Source: an uncultured Gemmatimonadales bacterium (GTDB taxonomy: Bacteria > Gemmatimonadota > Gemmatimonadetes > Gemmatimonadales > Gemmatimonadaceae). Taken from it: a stretch of DNA of 64,000 nt. This document shows positions 20,159-30,448 of the stretch, one piece after another (position 1 is the first letter of the stretch; each line of letters starts with the position of its first letter). The notes under the pieces were generated by a model, which saw only the letters and a list, made by a program, of their open reading frames with translations, was not told the origin of the DNA and did not search any database. The DNA lies in NCBI GenBank assembly GCA_963851265.1, contig CAWKNZ010000007.1, positions 320,001 to 384,000 on the forward strand, written 5' to 3'. The translations under genes were made by a program, and so were the position numbers.

Positions 20159-20301
20159 GCAGGTGACCGGCGCGCAATTCTGATGTTGCCCGAACGTCAC
20201 GAATCGTGCTGAAAATCGCGCGTCGTGGAACGCAATCCGCAATGTGGTACGCCGGCGCCGCGCGCTGACGCGGGCGGCGTGTTCACTCACAGGAGGCAGT
20301 T

Positions 20302-20910
20302 ATGACCAAACTCATTACGACGCTCGCGACTCTCGCGATTCTTCCCGTAGCAGCGTTCGCCCAGACCACGCCGACGCAGCAGCCCGCGACGGGCGCTGGC
20401 AGCAGCAGCACCGGCGCGATGTCGGGGATGCAGGATAGCGCGGCGCGCCCGCGTGCCCGCGCGCGCACGCACCGTCACGTCACCCGCGTGAGTCACACCC
20501 GCGTCGCCAACACGAACGGCGACACCATGAGCGTGTCGACGATGAGCCAGAGCTCGTCCGTCGGTCGCCCGGGACATCGCACCACGCGGAGCCGGATGAC
20601 CGACAGCAGCAGCATGTCGTCGGGCTCCATGAGCGGGGCGTCCGGCAGCATGGGCGCAGGTTCGATGAGCGCCGGCTCGATGAGCGCGGGCTCCACCGGC
20701 TCCGGTTCGATGACCGGCGGGATGTCGCCGCGGCCGTCGCGCGGGGCGCGGAGCCGCGGCGCACGCAGCCGGACCGATACGACGCAGGCATCGCCCTCGG
20801 CCGACATGAGCGGCGGGACGACCGGTGCCGCGACCGGCTCGACCGGGACCACGGCGTCGCCGCCGCGTACCGGCGGGACGACGCCGTCCAGCACGACGCC
20901 GCCGCGCTGA
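20302..20910 (+). CDS. Secreted Ser/Thr/Gly/Met-rich low-complexity protein
   Basis: Strong SD AGGAGG; Sec signal ending AFA-Q; GSM(S/G/T) repeats; 14 Met in 202 aa. Confidence 0.8.
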   Translation: MTKLITTLATLAILPVAAFAQTTPTQQPATGAGSSSTGAMSGMQDSAARPRARARTHRHVTRVSHTRVANTNGDTMSVSTMSQSSSVGRPGHRTTRSRMTDSSSMSSGSMSGASGSMGAGSMSAGSMSAGSTGSGSMTGGMSPRPSRGARSRGARSRTDTTQASPSADMSGGTTGAATGSTGTTASPPRTGGTTPSSTTPPR

Positions 20911-20984
20911 ACGAGGGGGTAGTCCGCGCGCGATCGGCGTGCGGACGGCTCTCCCCCCTCGTCCCGCCCGTACGACCGCGTGAT

Positions 20985-21017
20985 GACGCCCCGCCCGGCA
21001 CACCCGGGCGGGGCGTC
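20985..21017. terminator. Perfect 14-bp inverted repeat, likely terminator or processing hairpin
   Basis: GACGCCCCGCCCGG-CACAC-CCGGGCGGGGCGTC; no U-tract. Confidence 0.5.
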
Positions 21018-21056
21018 GTGCGTCCGCGTGCACGATCGCCGGGTTACGTTCACCCC

Positions 21057-22250
21057 ATGCCGACCCCTGCCGCGCACCGACTCGCCTGCTACGCCGTGAC
21101 CGCGCCCGGCCTGGAGACGATTGCGGCCGACGAGATCCGCCCGCTCGTCGCGGCGCCGCTCACCCCGGACGTCGGCGGCGTGGCCTTCGCCGCGACGCCC
21201 ACCGAGCTGTACCGCGTCAATCTGTGGTCGCGCGTGGCGAGCCGCGTCCTGGTACGCCTCGCGGACTTCGACGCGGCGCACTTCTCCGAGCTGCAGGCGG
21301 GGTGCGAGCGGATCGCGTGGGAGCGCTTCGTGGGACCGCGCGACGGCGTGCGCGTGCGGGTCACGTGCCGGAAGTCGCGCCTCTACCATTCCGACGCGGT
21401 CGCCGAGCGCGTGGGTGAGGCGATCCGCCGCCGCACCGGTGCCGTCGTGGTCGATGCGGGCCGGGAGGAGGACGACGAAGCGGGAGCGGCACAGTTGATC
21501 GTCGTGCGTCTCTTGCACGACCGGTGCACCGTCTCGGCGGACAGCTCGGGCGAGCTGCTGCATCGCCGTGGGTACCGACAGGCGGTCGCGAAGGCGCCGC
21601 TGCGCGAGACGTTGGCCGCCGCGCTCCTACTCGCGGCCGGCTACGACGGCGACGGACCGGTGCTCGATCCGCTCTGCGGGTCCGGAACGATCCCGATCGA
21701 GGCGGCGCTCATCGCGCGCCGGATCGCGCCGGGTCGTCACCGGGCGTTCGCGTTCGAGCGCTGGCTCGACTTCGACGCGCCGGCGTGGCACGCGCTCCGT
21801 GCGCGCGCGGACGAGGGGGTGCGGTCGTTCGCGCTCCACGCGATTGCCGGGAGTGACCGCGATGCTGGGGCGGTTCAGGCCGCACACGCGAACGCCGAGC
21901 GTGCCGGGGTGTCGGACGACGTCACGTTCGAGCACCGGGCACTATCCGCGGCCGTCCCGCCCGGGACGAACCACGGGTCGGACGGTACGCCGGGATGGCT
22001 CGTCACGAACCCGCCGTATGGCAAGCGGCTTGGCGAGCACGACGCGCTCCGGGACCTGTGGGCCCGGCTCGGTCAGTTCGCCCGGGTGCGCTGCCCGGGC
22101 TGGCAGATGGCCGTGCTCGCGCCCGGCGGACTCGTCGGCGCACGGCTCGACGTGCCACTCGAGGTCGCGGCGGACACGCGTAACGGCGGCCTCGCCGTCG
22201 ACATCGCCGTGGGTCGCGTGCCCGGCGCGACGCCCGCGCCTGTGCCGTGA
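21057..22250 (+). CDS. THUMP-domain class I SAM-dependent RNA methyltransferase (RlmL-like)
   Basis: PGLE, SSGELLHRRGYR, APLRETLAAA, DPLCGSGTIPIEAA, TNPPYG. Confidence 0.92.
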   Translation: MPTPAAHRLACYAVTAPGLETIAADEIRPLVAAPLTPDVGGVAFAATPTELYRVNLWSRVASRVLVRLADFDAAHFSELQAGCERIAWERFVGPRDGVRVRVTCRKSRLYHSDAVAERVGEAIRRRTGAVVVDAGREEDDEAGAAQLIVVRLLHDRCTVSADSSGELLHRRGYRQAVAKAPLRETLAAALLLAAGYDGDGPVLDPLCGSGTIPIEAALIARRIAPGRHRAFAFERWLDFDAPAWHALRARADEGVRSFALHAIAGSDRDAGAVQAAHANAERAGVSDDVTFEHRALSAAVPPGTNHGSDGTPGWLVTNPPYGKRLGEHDALRDLWARLGQFARVRCPGWQMAVLAPGGLVGARLDVPLEVAADTRNGGLAVDIAVGRVPGATPAPVP

Positions 22251-22328
22251 TCGCGCGCTACCCGCGCGCTGATCGTCCGCCACGATCGTCCGCCGCGCAC
22301 CGCAGCGTCGTGCGGGGTGACCGCGAGC

Positions 22329-22532
22329 TCAGCTCCCGTCGGCGGTCACGGTCGCGCCGCGGCCACGGCGACACCGGTCGCTGCAGTAGCGAACCTCGTC
22401 CCATGAACGCTCCCACTTCTTCCGCCAGGTGAACGGGAGCCCGCAGCGAGCACAATGCTTGGCCGGCCGTTCCGAGGGTGGCCGGGCCCGGGTCGGACGC
22501 GGTGTATCGGGTGACCGCGGGCGACGCGACAT
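22329..22532 (-). CDS. DUF2256 family small Cys-rich protein
   Basis: [31 protein letters not shown]. Confidence 0.85.
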   Translation of the reverse strand: MSRRPRSPDTPRPTRARPPSERPAKHCARCGLPFTWRKKWERSWDEVRYCSDRCRRGRGATVTADGS

Positions 22533-22598
22533 GGCCGGTTCAACGCCGCCCGCGCGCTCGGCGTTCCGGCGCATGGCACGGCCGGTGTAGGTTTTGGT

Positions 22599-24572
22599 GT
22601 GAACACGAGCGGCGCTGCGGACAGCACATTCGACCCGTCGCAGGTACTCGCCGATCTCGACGTCGGTGTGGCCTACATCGCGCGCGACTGGCGCATCGTC
22701 TACGCCAACGCGGTGTGGGCGGAACTCGCGGGCGGTCACGACCCCGCGTCATACACCGGACGCGAGCTGTGGGACGCGCTCCCCGGACTGGCTGCGACGC
22801 CCGAAGCGGCGGTAATTCGCGCGACGCAGGCCGACGGCGTTCCACGCGCATTCCGGGTGAGGCGCTCTGGCACGGCCAGGACGTCGGCGGGGGCCGCGTC
22901 CTCCGGCGGCGCGCTGCACGTTGCCTTGCGGCGCGTGCCCGGTGACTACGGACTCGTCTGCTCGTTACGCGACGTCACGGCCGAGGACCGGCTCGAGCAG
23001 GTGCAGGACCGCGTGCTCGAGAGCATCGGCGAGGGGCTGCTGGTGATCGGGCGCGACTGGGTGCTGACGTACGTCAACGCCGCCGCCGAACGCGTGGCGG
23101 GGGTGCCGCGCGCGCGCGCGCTGGGGCGCGCGGTGTGGGACGCGTACCCGGCGCTGCTGGGGACGCACGTCGAAGCGATCTGCCGCGCGGCGATGACGGA
23201 GCGGGTGCCACACGCTGCCCGAACGACGCCCGTCGCGAGACACCGGGAGGGCAAGCCCGCGCTGTTCGACGTGCAGTGTTACCCGGTGGTGGGCGACGGC
23301 CTCGTGCTCCTGTTCAACGAGGTGAGCGTGCGGGAGCGGCAGGCGCGCGCGTTGGCCGAACGCAGCGCCGAGAACGAGCGGCTACGCGAACTCGCCCGAG
23401 CGATGGCCGCCGAACGCGACGCGCCCGCGCTATTGGAAACGCTCTGCGGCGCCGCGGTCGACCTGTGCGGCGCGGTGGGCGCGACCGTCGCCGAGGTACA
23501 AGACGGCCACGGCACCATCGTGACGAGCGTCAACTACCCGTCGTACGTACACGCGCACCGCTTTCCGCTCGACGACACACCCACGGGACGCGTGTTGGCG
23601 CTCGTCGAGCGGGGTGCGCCCTCGGCCGTGCTGCGCGCCGACGCTGACGAAAACGCGGGCGCGAGCGACGAAACGCCCGTGTTCGCCGACGGGCGCATGG
23701 TCGGCGCGCGAATGCTCGCCGTCCTGGCCGCCCACGGCACGCCGCTCGGCGTGCTCGAGGTCGCGCGCGCCGCGGGTGCGGCGCGGTTCACCGTGCGTGA
23801 CGCGGAGTGTCTACGCGTGGTGGCCGATCACGCGGCGCTGGCCCTCTGGAAGGCGCGGCTGGTGGACGAGGCCCGCGCGGCGAATGAGACGAAGACCGGC
23901 TTCCTCGCCACCGTCAGCCACGAGTTGCGCACCCCGCTCACGGCACTCACCGGTTACGGCGAGCTGGTGGCGGACGAGATCCTCGGCCCGCTCACGCCGG
24001 CACAGGCCGACGTGATGGAGCGCATGCGCGTCGTGACGCACCAGCTCACGGCGATGATCGAGGAGATCCTCACGTTCTCGGCGCTCGAGGCCGGGCGCGA
24101 ACTCGTGCGTCCCGTGCCGACGAGCGTCGAGGAGGTCGTCGCGGCGGTCGTGGCCGTCGTCGAGCCGATCGCGGCGCAGAAGGCGCTCGCGTTCGCGGCC
24201 GTGGTCCCGCGCGAGGGCCCGCCGCTCGTGACCGACCCGGACAAGCTGCGCCAGATCCTCGTGAACCTGTGTGGGAACGCGGTGAAGTTCACCGAGCGAG
24301 GCGGCGTGCGGCTCGTCGTCGGCGCCGATCGGCAGCACGTGACGTTCGCGGTCGCCGATACGGGGCTCGGCATCGCGACCGGTGACATCCCGCGGCTGTT
24401 TCAGGCGTTCGCGCAGCTCGACACCGGGCTCACGCGTCGCTTCGGGGGTACCGGCCTCGGGCTCTACATCTCGCAGCGGCTCGCCGTGCTGCTCGGCGGG
24501 CGCATCGAAGTCGAGTCGCGGCTCGGTGAGGGGTCGACGTTCACGCTCCGTCTGCCGCTCCGGGCGGAGTGA
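22599..24572 (+). CDS. Cytoplasmic PAS-PAS-GAF sensor histidine kinase
   Basis: Two PAS-like repeats (WRIVYAN, WVLTYVN), GAF-like region, H-box [11 protein letters not shown]-box [11 protein letters not shown]-boxes DTGLGI and GGTGLGL; no adjacent regulator. Confidence 0.92.
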   Translation: MNTSGAADSTFDPSQVLADLDVGVAYIARDWRIVYANAVWAELAGGHDPASYTGRELWDALPGLAATPEAAVIRATQADGVPRAFRVRRSGTARTSAGAASSGGALHVALRRVPGDYGLVCSLRDVTAEDRLEQVQDRVLESIGEGLLVIGRDWVLTYVNAAAERVAGVPRARALGRAVWDAYPALLGTHVEAICRAAMTERVPHAARTTPVARHREGKPALFDVQCYPVVGDGLVLLFNEVSVRERQARALAERSAENERLRELARAMAAERDAPALLETLCGAAVDLCGAVGATVAEVQDGHGTIVTSVNYPSYVHAHRFPLDDTPTGRVLALVERGAPSAVLRADADENAGASDETPVFADGRMVGARMLAVLAAHGTPLGVLEVARAAGAARFTVRDAECLRVVADHAALALWKARLVDEARAANETKTGFLATVSHELRTPLTALTGYGELVADEILGPLTPAQADVMERMRVVTHQLTAMIEEILTFSALEAGRELVRPVPTSVEEVVAAVVAVVEPIAAQKALAFAAVVPREGPPLVTDPDKLRQILVNLCGNAVKFTERGGVRLVVGADRQHVTFAVADTGLGIATGDIPRLFQAFAQLDTGLTRRFGGTGLGLYISQRLAVLLGGRIEVESRLGEGSTFTLRLPLRAE

Positions 24573-24591
24573 GGAAGCTTAGATTGCGGGC

Positions 24592-27432
24592 ATGACTGCG
24601 ACCGCGATCACCAGCGTGTTCAACGACGCGTACATCGCCGAGGTCTTCGAGGCGTACCGCCAAGACCCGGCCTCCGTCGACGCTTCCTGGCGCCAGTTCT
24701 TCGGCATGGCGGAGGCGATGTCCGGGCTCGTCCAGGCGGGTGCGGCCGCGCCCGCGCCCGGCGCCACCGACCCGGATCTGCTGCGCAAGGCGGGCGCGGC
24801 CGCGGCGCTCGTGCACGCGATCCGCGAGAACGGCCACCTCGCGGTCGCCCTCGATCCGTTAGGCAGCGCGCCGCCCGGCGCGCGCGAGTTGACGCCCGAG
24901 TTCCACGGGATCGTGGAGGCCGACCTGGCCGGCGTGCCCGCGGCGGCGATCGGCTTCGCCGACGGGCGCTTCGCGACGGCCGCCGACGTGGTCGCGATGC
25001 TGCGGCGCCGGTACTCGGGCGCGCTCGGGATCGAGTACTCGCACCTGACGACGGACGTCGAGCGCGAGTGGTTCCGGACGACGCTTCGCGAGGAGCGACT
25101 CACGGCGCCGCTGTCCGACGACGAGAAGCGGGCGATGCTCGAGCGGCTGACCGAGGTCGACGGGCTCGAGCGATTCCTGGGCTTCGCGTTCCAGGGCAAG
25201 AAGCGCTTCTCGATCGAGGGCACCGACGCGCTCGTGCCGATGCTGGACGAGGCGATCACGCAGGGGGCGGCGCGCGGCGCGCGCGAGATCGCTATCGGGA
25301 TGGCGCATCGCGGGCGGCTCAACGTGCTCGTGCACGTGATGGGCAAGCCGTACGAGGCGCTGTTCGCCGAGTTCGAGGGGCGCCACGCCGATCCGGCGAG
25401 CGACACCGAGACGGGCGACGTGAAGTACCACATGGGGTACGACGGGCGCCGGACGGTGGCCGGGCGCGAGGTGGCGGTGACGCTCGCGCCCAACCCCAGC
25501 CACCTCGAGTTCGTCGGCGCGGTCATCGAGGGAGAGGCGCGGGCGCGGCAGCGCGTGGAGGGCGCGCCCTGGGAGCGCGACGAGTCGCGCGTGCTGCCGA
25601 TCGCGGTGCACGGCGACGCGGCGTTCATGGGCGAGGGCGTCGTGGCCGAATCGCTCAACATGTACCGGCTGCGCGGGTACCGCGTGGGCGGCACGCTGCA
25701 CATCATCACCAACAACCAGGTCGGCTTCACGACCGACCCGATCGACTCGCGCTCGACGCACTACGCGAGCGACCTCGCGAAGGGGTTCGACATCCCGGTG
25801 CTGCACGTCAACGGCGACGACGCCGAGGCGTGCGTGATCGCGGTGCGGCTCGCGACCGCCTACCGCGCCGCCTTCGCGAAGGACGTGCTGATCGACCTCG
25901 TCGGGTACCGGCGCTGGGGGCACAACGAGACCGACGAGCCCGCGTTCACGCAGCCGATGTTGTACGACGCGATCCGCGCGCACCCGACGCCGCGCCAGGT
26001 GTGGGGCGCGCGACTGGTACGCGACGGCGTGCTCGCGGCGGCCGACGTGGAGCGCGTCGACCGCGAGGTGCGCGCGCGGTTCGAGGCGGCGTACGAGCGC
26101 ACGAAGCGGGGCGCGGGCATCGGGGAGGCGCACGCCGCGGCCTCCAACGGCACGGCGACCCACGGCGAGGAGCGCAACGGCGCGGAGAGCAACGGCGCAC
26201 ACGCGGTCGCCACCGCGATCCCCGCCGACCGGCTCGTCGCGTTGCAGACCGAGCTGCTGACGTACCCCGACGGCTTCCAGCCGCACCCGAAGCTCGCGAA
26301 GATCCTCCAGCGCCGCGGCGACGCGTTAGGCGACCGGGGCGGGATCGAGTGGGGTCAGGCCGAGCAGCTCGCGTTCGCGTCGCTGGTGACCGAGGGCGTG
26401 AGCGTACGCCTGACCGGGCAGGACGCGGAGCGCGGCACGTTCGGCCACCGGAACGCGGTGCTGCACGACCCGCGCGACGGGCGGACCTACACTCCGCTCG
26501 CCAACCTCCGGGAACGGCGTGGCGCGTTCGAGGTCTACAACTCGCCGCTCACCGAGACGGCGGTGATGGCGTTCGACTACGGCTTCTCGGTCGCCGCGCC
26601 CGACGCCCTGACGCTCTGGGAAGGGCAATACGGGGACTTCGTCAACGTCGCGCAGACGATCATCGACCAGTTTCTCGTCGCCGACCGCGCGAAGTGGGGG
26701 CAGGATTCCGGGCTCGTGCTGCTCCTGCCACACGGCTACGAGGGTGGCGGCCCGGAGCACTCCTCGGCGCGACTCGAGCGGTTCCTGCAACTCGCGGCGG
26801 AGGGAAACATGACCGTCGCGTACCCGGGCACGCCCGCGCAGTACTTCCACGTCCTGCGGGCGCAGGCGCACCGCGCGTCGCGGCGGCCGCTCGTCCTCAT
26901 GCAGCCCAAGTCGCTGCTCCGACTGCCGACGGCCGCGTCGCGACTCGCGGAGCTGAGCGAGGGCGCGTGGCAGCCCGTGGTCGACCACGGCGCGCTCGAC
27001 GGGCGCGACGCCGGCGCGGTCCGACGTGTGGTGCTGTGCACGGCAAAGACGTTCTACGACCTCACCCAGCAGGAAGTACCGTCGGCGGTGGCAGTGGTAC
27101 GCGTCGACCAGCTCTATCCGTTCCCGGACGCGGAGCTGCGGACGGTCCTCGCGCGGTACGCCAACGCGCGTGAGGTGGTGTGGGCGCAGGAGGAGCCGCA
27201 GAACATGGGCGCGTGGGGGTTCGCCGCGCCGCGGCTCACGGCGGCGCTGTCGGGCAGGGCGCGGCTGCGCTACACGGGTCGTCCGGAGCGGGCGAGTCCG
27301 GCCGAAGGGTACGAGTCGGCGCACAAGGCCGAGCAAGCGCGGATAGTGGCCGAGGCGCTCGCCGTACCGCAGGAGGCGGTCGACGGCGAGGCCGTCTCCT
27401 CTCCGATCGAGGTCGAGGCGGCGAGCGGCTGA
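24592..27432 (+). CDS. sucA: 2-oxoglutarate dehydrogenase E1 component
   Basis: GKKRFSIEG, GMAHRGRLN, GDVKYH, NPSHLE, HGDAAF, GQDAERGTF, PEHSSARLERFLQL. Confidence 0.96.
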   Translation: MTATAITSVFNDAYIAEVFEAYRQDPASVDASWRQFFGMAEAMSGLVQAGAAAPAPGATDPDLLRKAGAAAALVHAIRENGHLAVALDPLGSAPPGARELTPEFHGIVEADLAGVPAAAIGFADGRFATAADVVAMLRRRYSGALGIEYSHLTTDVEREWFRTTLREERLTAPLSDDEKRAMLERLTEVDGLERFLGFAFQGKKRFSIEGTDALVPMLDEAITQGAARGAREIAIGMAHRGRLNVLVHVMGKPYEALFAEFEGRHADPASDTETGDVKYHMGYDGRRTVAGREVAVTLAPNPSHLEFVGAVIEGEARARQRVEGAPWERDESRVLPIAVHGDAAFMGEGVVAESLNMYRLRGYRVGGTLHIITNNQVGFTTDPIDSRSTHYASDLAKGFDIPVLHVNGDDAEACVIAVRLATAYRAAFAKDVLIDLVGYRRWGHNETDEPAFTQPMLYDAIRAHPTPRQVWGARLVRDGVLAAADVERVDREVRARFEAAYERTKRGAGIGEAHAAASNGTATHGEERNGAESNGAHAVATAIPADRLVALQTELLTYPDGFQPHPKLAKILQRRGDALGDRGGIEWGQAEQLAFASLVTEGVSVRLTGQDAERGTFGHRNAVLHDPRDGRTYTPLANLRERRGAFEVYNSPLTETAVMAFDYGFSVAAPDALTLWEGQYGDFVNVAQTIIDQFLVADRAKWGQDSGLVLLLPHGYEGGGPEHSSARLERFLQLAAEGNMTVAYPGTPAQYFHVLRAQAHRASRRPLVLMQPKSLLRLPTAASRLAELSEGAWQPVVDHGALDGRDAGAVRRVVLCTAKTFYDLTQQEVPSAVAVVRVDQLYPFPDAELRTVLARYANAREVVWAQEEPQNMGAWGFAAPRLTAALSGRARLRYTGRPERASPAEGYESAHKAEQARIVAEALAVPQEAVDGEAVSSPIEVEAASG

Positions 27433-27700
27433 GGCGTCGGCTCGACGGTCGCGCCGCGAGGGCGGCGCGGGCGGCGACGTCGAGGCTCGCTTCGGCCCCG
27501 CGCTGCCGCCCGCGCCGAGTGCGATCGCGAGGGAAGTGCGTGCGGGCGTCGCGGCGGACCTCGTGGCGACGACGGGGAGCCCGCCGCATCGAGGAACGAG
27601 CGTCGATCCCTCGGCGCGCACTCGCGCCGCGTAAAGCCGCGTATACTCGACCCGTGCGTCCCTCCGCGCCTCGCATCATGGATCTTTCGCTCCGCTACGC

Positions 27701-30448
27701 ATGACCTGTTTCTCTCTCGCTCGGGCGGTCCGGCATCGACGCGGACTCCTCGCCGCCGCGGCCGGCGTGGTCGTGGCGGCGCCGACGGTGCGCGCGCAAA
27801 CGTCCACGGCGTATGAGCCGCGCGGGGCGGCGGAGCTGTCCCAGCTCGTCGACGGGCTCGGCATGACCGCGCGGGTGCTGGTGATCGGCGCGCACCCCGA
27901 CGACGAGGACACGCGCCTGATCGCGTACCTCGCGCGGGGGCGGCACGCGGAGACGGCGTACCTGTCGCTCACGCGCGGCGACGGCGGGCAGAACCTGATC
28001 GGCAACGAACTCGGCGAGGCGTTAGGCGCGATCCGGACCGAGGAGCTGCTCGCCGCGCGGCGGATCGACGGCGGGCACCAGTACTTCACGCGGGCATTCG
28101 ACTTCGGGTTTTCGAAGACGGCGGAGGAGACGTTCCGGCACTGGCCGCGCGACACGGTGCTGGGCGACGTGGTGCGCGTGGTGCGCGCGTTCCGGCCGCA
28201 GGTCGTCATCGCGATCTTCTCGGGCACGCCGGCCGACGGACACGGACACCACCAGGCGAGCGGGATCCTCGCGCGCGAGGCGTACGACGCGGCGGGCGAC
28301 ACGGTGCGGTTCCCGGCGGCGCAGTTCGGGCCCGCGTGGTCGGTCGGGAAGTTCTACCGGAACACGAGCTACCGCGGCGGCGAAACGGCGACGCTGCGGT
28401 ACAACGCCGGGGCGTACGACCCGGTGTTAGGCAGGAGCTACGCGCAGGTCGCCGCGATCAGCCGGAGCCAACACAAGTCCCAGGGGCAGGGCGGCCTGGA
28501 GCGGAAGGGCGTGTCGATCGTGAGCATGCGGCGCGAGGCGACGCGCGTCAACGAGGGCACGCCCGCGAACGCCGAGCGCGACCTGTTCGACGGAATCGAC
28601 ACGACGGTGTTCCGTGGACAGGCGCTCTCGGCGCCGGACCGTCCGCGCGCCCGCGTCGACGCGCTCGCGGCGGCGATCGAGGAGGTCCAACGCACGCTGG
28701 ACCTCCGCCGCCCCGAGCGCGTCCTCCCCGCGCTCCTGCGCGCCCGCGCCGACGCGGCCGCACTCAACGTCTCCCGGCCGGCGGCCGGTCCGCGTCCGAG
28801 CGACGGCCCGGGTTACGACGACGCGCCGCAGCAGGTGCCCGGACGCATCGACCGCGCGATCGTGCTCGCTTCGGGGTTGGCCGCGGAGGTCGAGATGTCG
28901 CGCGAGGTCGTCGCCGCCGGCGACAGCGTGCCGCTCACGGTCGCGGTCTACAACCGCGGACGTCAGCCGATCGCACTGACCGGGTTGACCTTCGGCGGCT
29001 GGTCGCACGGCTTTGGACGCAGCGGCCCCGGCGTGTTCGGCGTCTCGGGCTACCCGATCATCCTGCCGGATAGTTCGTTGCGAATCGCCATGAAGGCGTC
29101 CGCGGCGGGGCCGACGGGCGCGGGCGACCGCCCGTCGTACGCGTACACGCAGCCGGGCTGGCTCCTCGGCGGCCGAAACGGCGACTTCTATCGCGACCCG
29201 CTGTCGTTCTCGCAAACCGACGCCACGTTCAACGGACAGGTACTCAACGCGGCCGCCGTGCTCGTGAGTTTTGCGATCGCGCCCGCGGAAGGTGCGTCGG
29301 CACTGCGGACCGATGCCATCGTCACGACGCTCGTCCCGGCGGTGTTCCGCGAGGTGGATCCGGTCCGCGGCGAGGTCGACCGGCGCGTCGCGCTGGCCCC
29401 CGCACTCTCCGTTACGCTCGACCGCGCGGTCGAGTACGCTCGCGCCGACGTTCCACTCGATCGCGTCGTCACCGTGCACCTGCGGTCGGCGTCGACTGCC
29501 GCGCGCACCGCGACCGTCCGCCTGGCGCTCCCGGCCGGACTGACGGCTGACTCCGCGGCGCGCACGGTCACGCTCCCTGGATACGACGCGCGGGCCGCGG
29601 TCGACTTCCGCGTACGCGGCACGCTCCGCCCCGGCCGCGTCGTGGTGCGGGCCTCGGCCGAGTCGAACGGCGACCGGTTCGCGACCGGCTACCAACTCCT
29701 CGACTACGACCACATCCGCGCGCAGCGCCTGTACCGCCCGGCCGAGACGGCGATCGAGGCCGTCGACGTCGCGCTCCCGGCGCACGCGACCGTGGCCTAC
29801 GTGCCGGGCGTGGGCGACAACGTCGCGCCGACGCTCGCCGACCTCGGCATCCCGGTCACGGTACTCGACTCGACCGCGTTAGGCGCCGGCGACCTCTCGA
29901 AGTACACGCACGTCGTGATCGGCCCGCGCGCCTACGAGAGCAACGCCGCGCTCGCCGCCAACAACGGCCGCTTGATGGACTGGGTGGCCCGCGGCGGCAC
30001 GATGGTCGTCCAGTACGGGCAGTACGAGATGACGCGCCCGGGCGTGATGCCGTACCCGATCACGCTCGGGAGACCGGCGCAGCGCGTGACGATCGAGGAG
30101 GCGCCGGTGACGGTGCTCGACCCGGCGGCGGGGGTGCTCGGAGTGCCCAACCGCATCGGCGCGGCGGACTGGCGGGGGTGGGTACAGGAACGGTCGACCT
30201 ACATGCCCGAGACCGCCGACCCGCGCTACCGCACGGCGATCGCGATCCACGACCCGGGCGAGGCGCCAAACGCCAACGGCATCCTCCTCGCGCCCGTGGG
30301 GCGCGGGACGTACGTGTACGTCACGCTCGCCCTCTTCCGCCAGCTGCCGGCGGGGGTGCCGGGCGCGGCGCGCCTGATGGCAAACCTGCTCGCGGCACGC
30401 GCGCCGGCGGTGAATGCGGAGGCGACGCGCCCGGCGACCGGGCGCTGA
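27701..30448 (+). CDS. Secreted PIG-L/LmbE family deacetylase with C-terminal Ig-like and GATase-like regions
   Basis: AHPDDED, RTEELLAARRIDG, DFGFSK, HGHHQ, SRSQHKSQG; signal peptide. Confidence 0.9.
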   Translation: MTCFSLARAVRHRRGLLAAAAGVVVAAPTVRAQTSTAYEPRGAAELSQLVDGLGMTARVLVIGAHPDDEDTRLIAYLARGRHAETAYLSLTRGDGGQNLIGNELGEALGAIRTEELLAARRIDGGHQYFTRAFDFGFSKTAEETFRHWPRDTVLGDVVRVVRAFRPQVVIAIFSGTPADGHGHHQASGILAREAYDAAGDTVRFPAAQFGPAWSVGKFYRNTSYRGGETATLRYNAGAYDPVLGRSYAQVAAISRSQHKSQGQGGLERKGVSIVSMRREATRVNEGTPANAERDLFDGIDTTVFRGQALSAPDRPRARVDALAAAIEEVQRTLDLRRPERVLPALLRARADAAALNVSRPAAGPRPSDGPGYDDAPQQVPGRIDRAIVLASGLAAEVEMSREVVAAGDSVPLTVAVYNRGRQPIALTGLTFGGWSHGFGRSGPGVFGVSGYPIILPDSSLRIAMKASAAGPTGAGDRPSYAYTQPGWLLGGRNGDFYRDPLSFSQTDATFNGQVLNAAAVLVSFAIAPAEGASALRTDAIVTTLVPAVFREVDPVRGEVDRRVALAPALSVTLDRAVEYARADVPLDRVVTVHLRSASTAARTATVRLALPAGLTADSAARTVTLPGYDARAAVDFRVRGTLRPGRVVVRASAESNGDRFATGYQLLDYDHIRAQRLYRPAETAIEAVDVALPAHATVAYVPGVGDNVAPTLADLGIPVTVLDSTALGAGDLSKYTHVVIGPRAYESNAALAANNGRLMDWVARGGTMVVQYGQYEMTRPGVMPYPITLGRPAQRVTIEEAPVTVLDPAAGVLGVPNRIGAADWRGWVQERSTYMPETADPRYRTAIAIHDPGEAPNANGILLAPVGRGTYVYVTLALFRQLPAGVPGAARLMANLLAARAPAVNAEATRPATGR

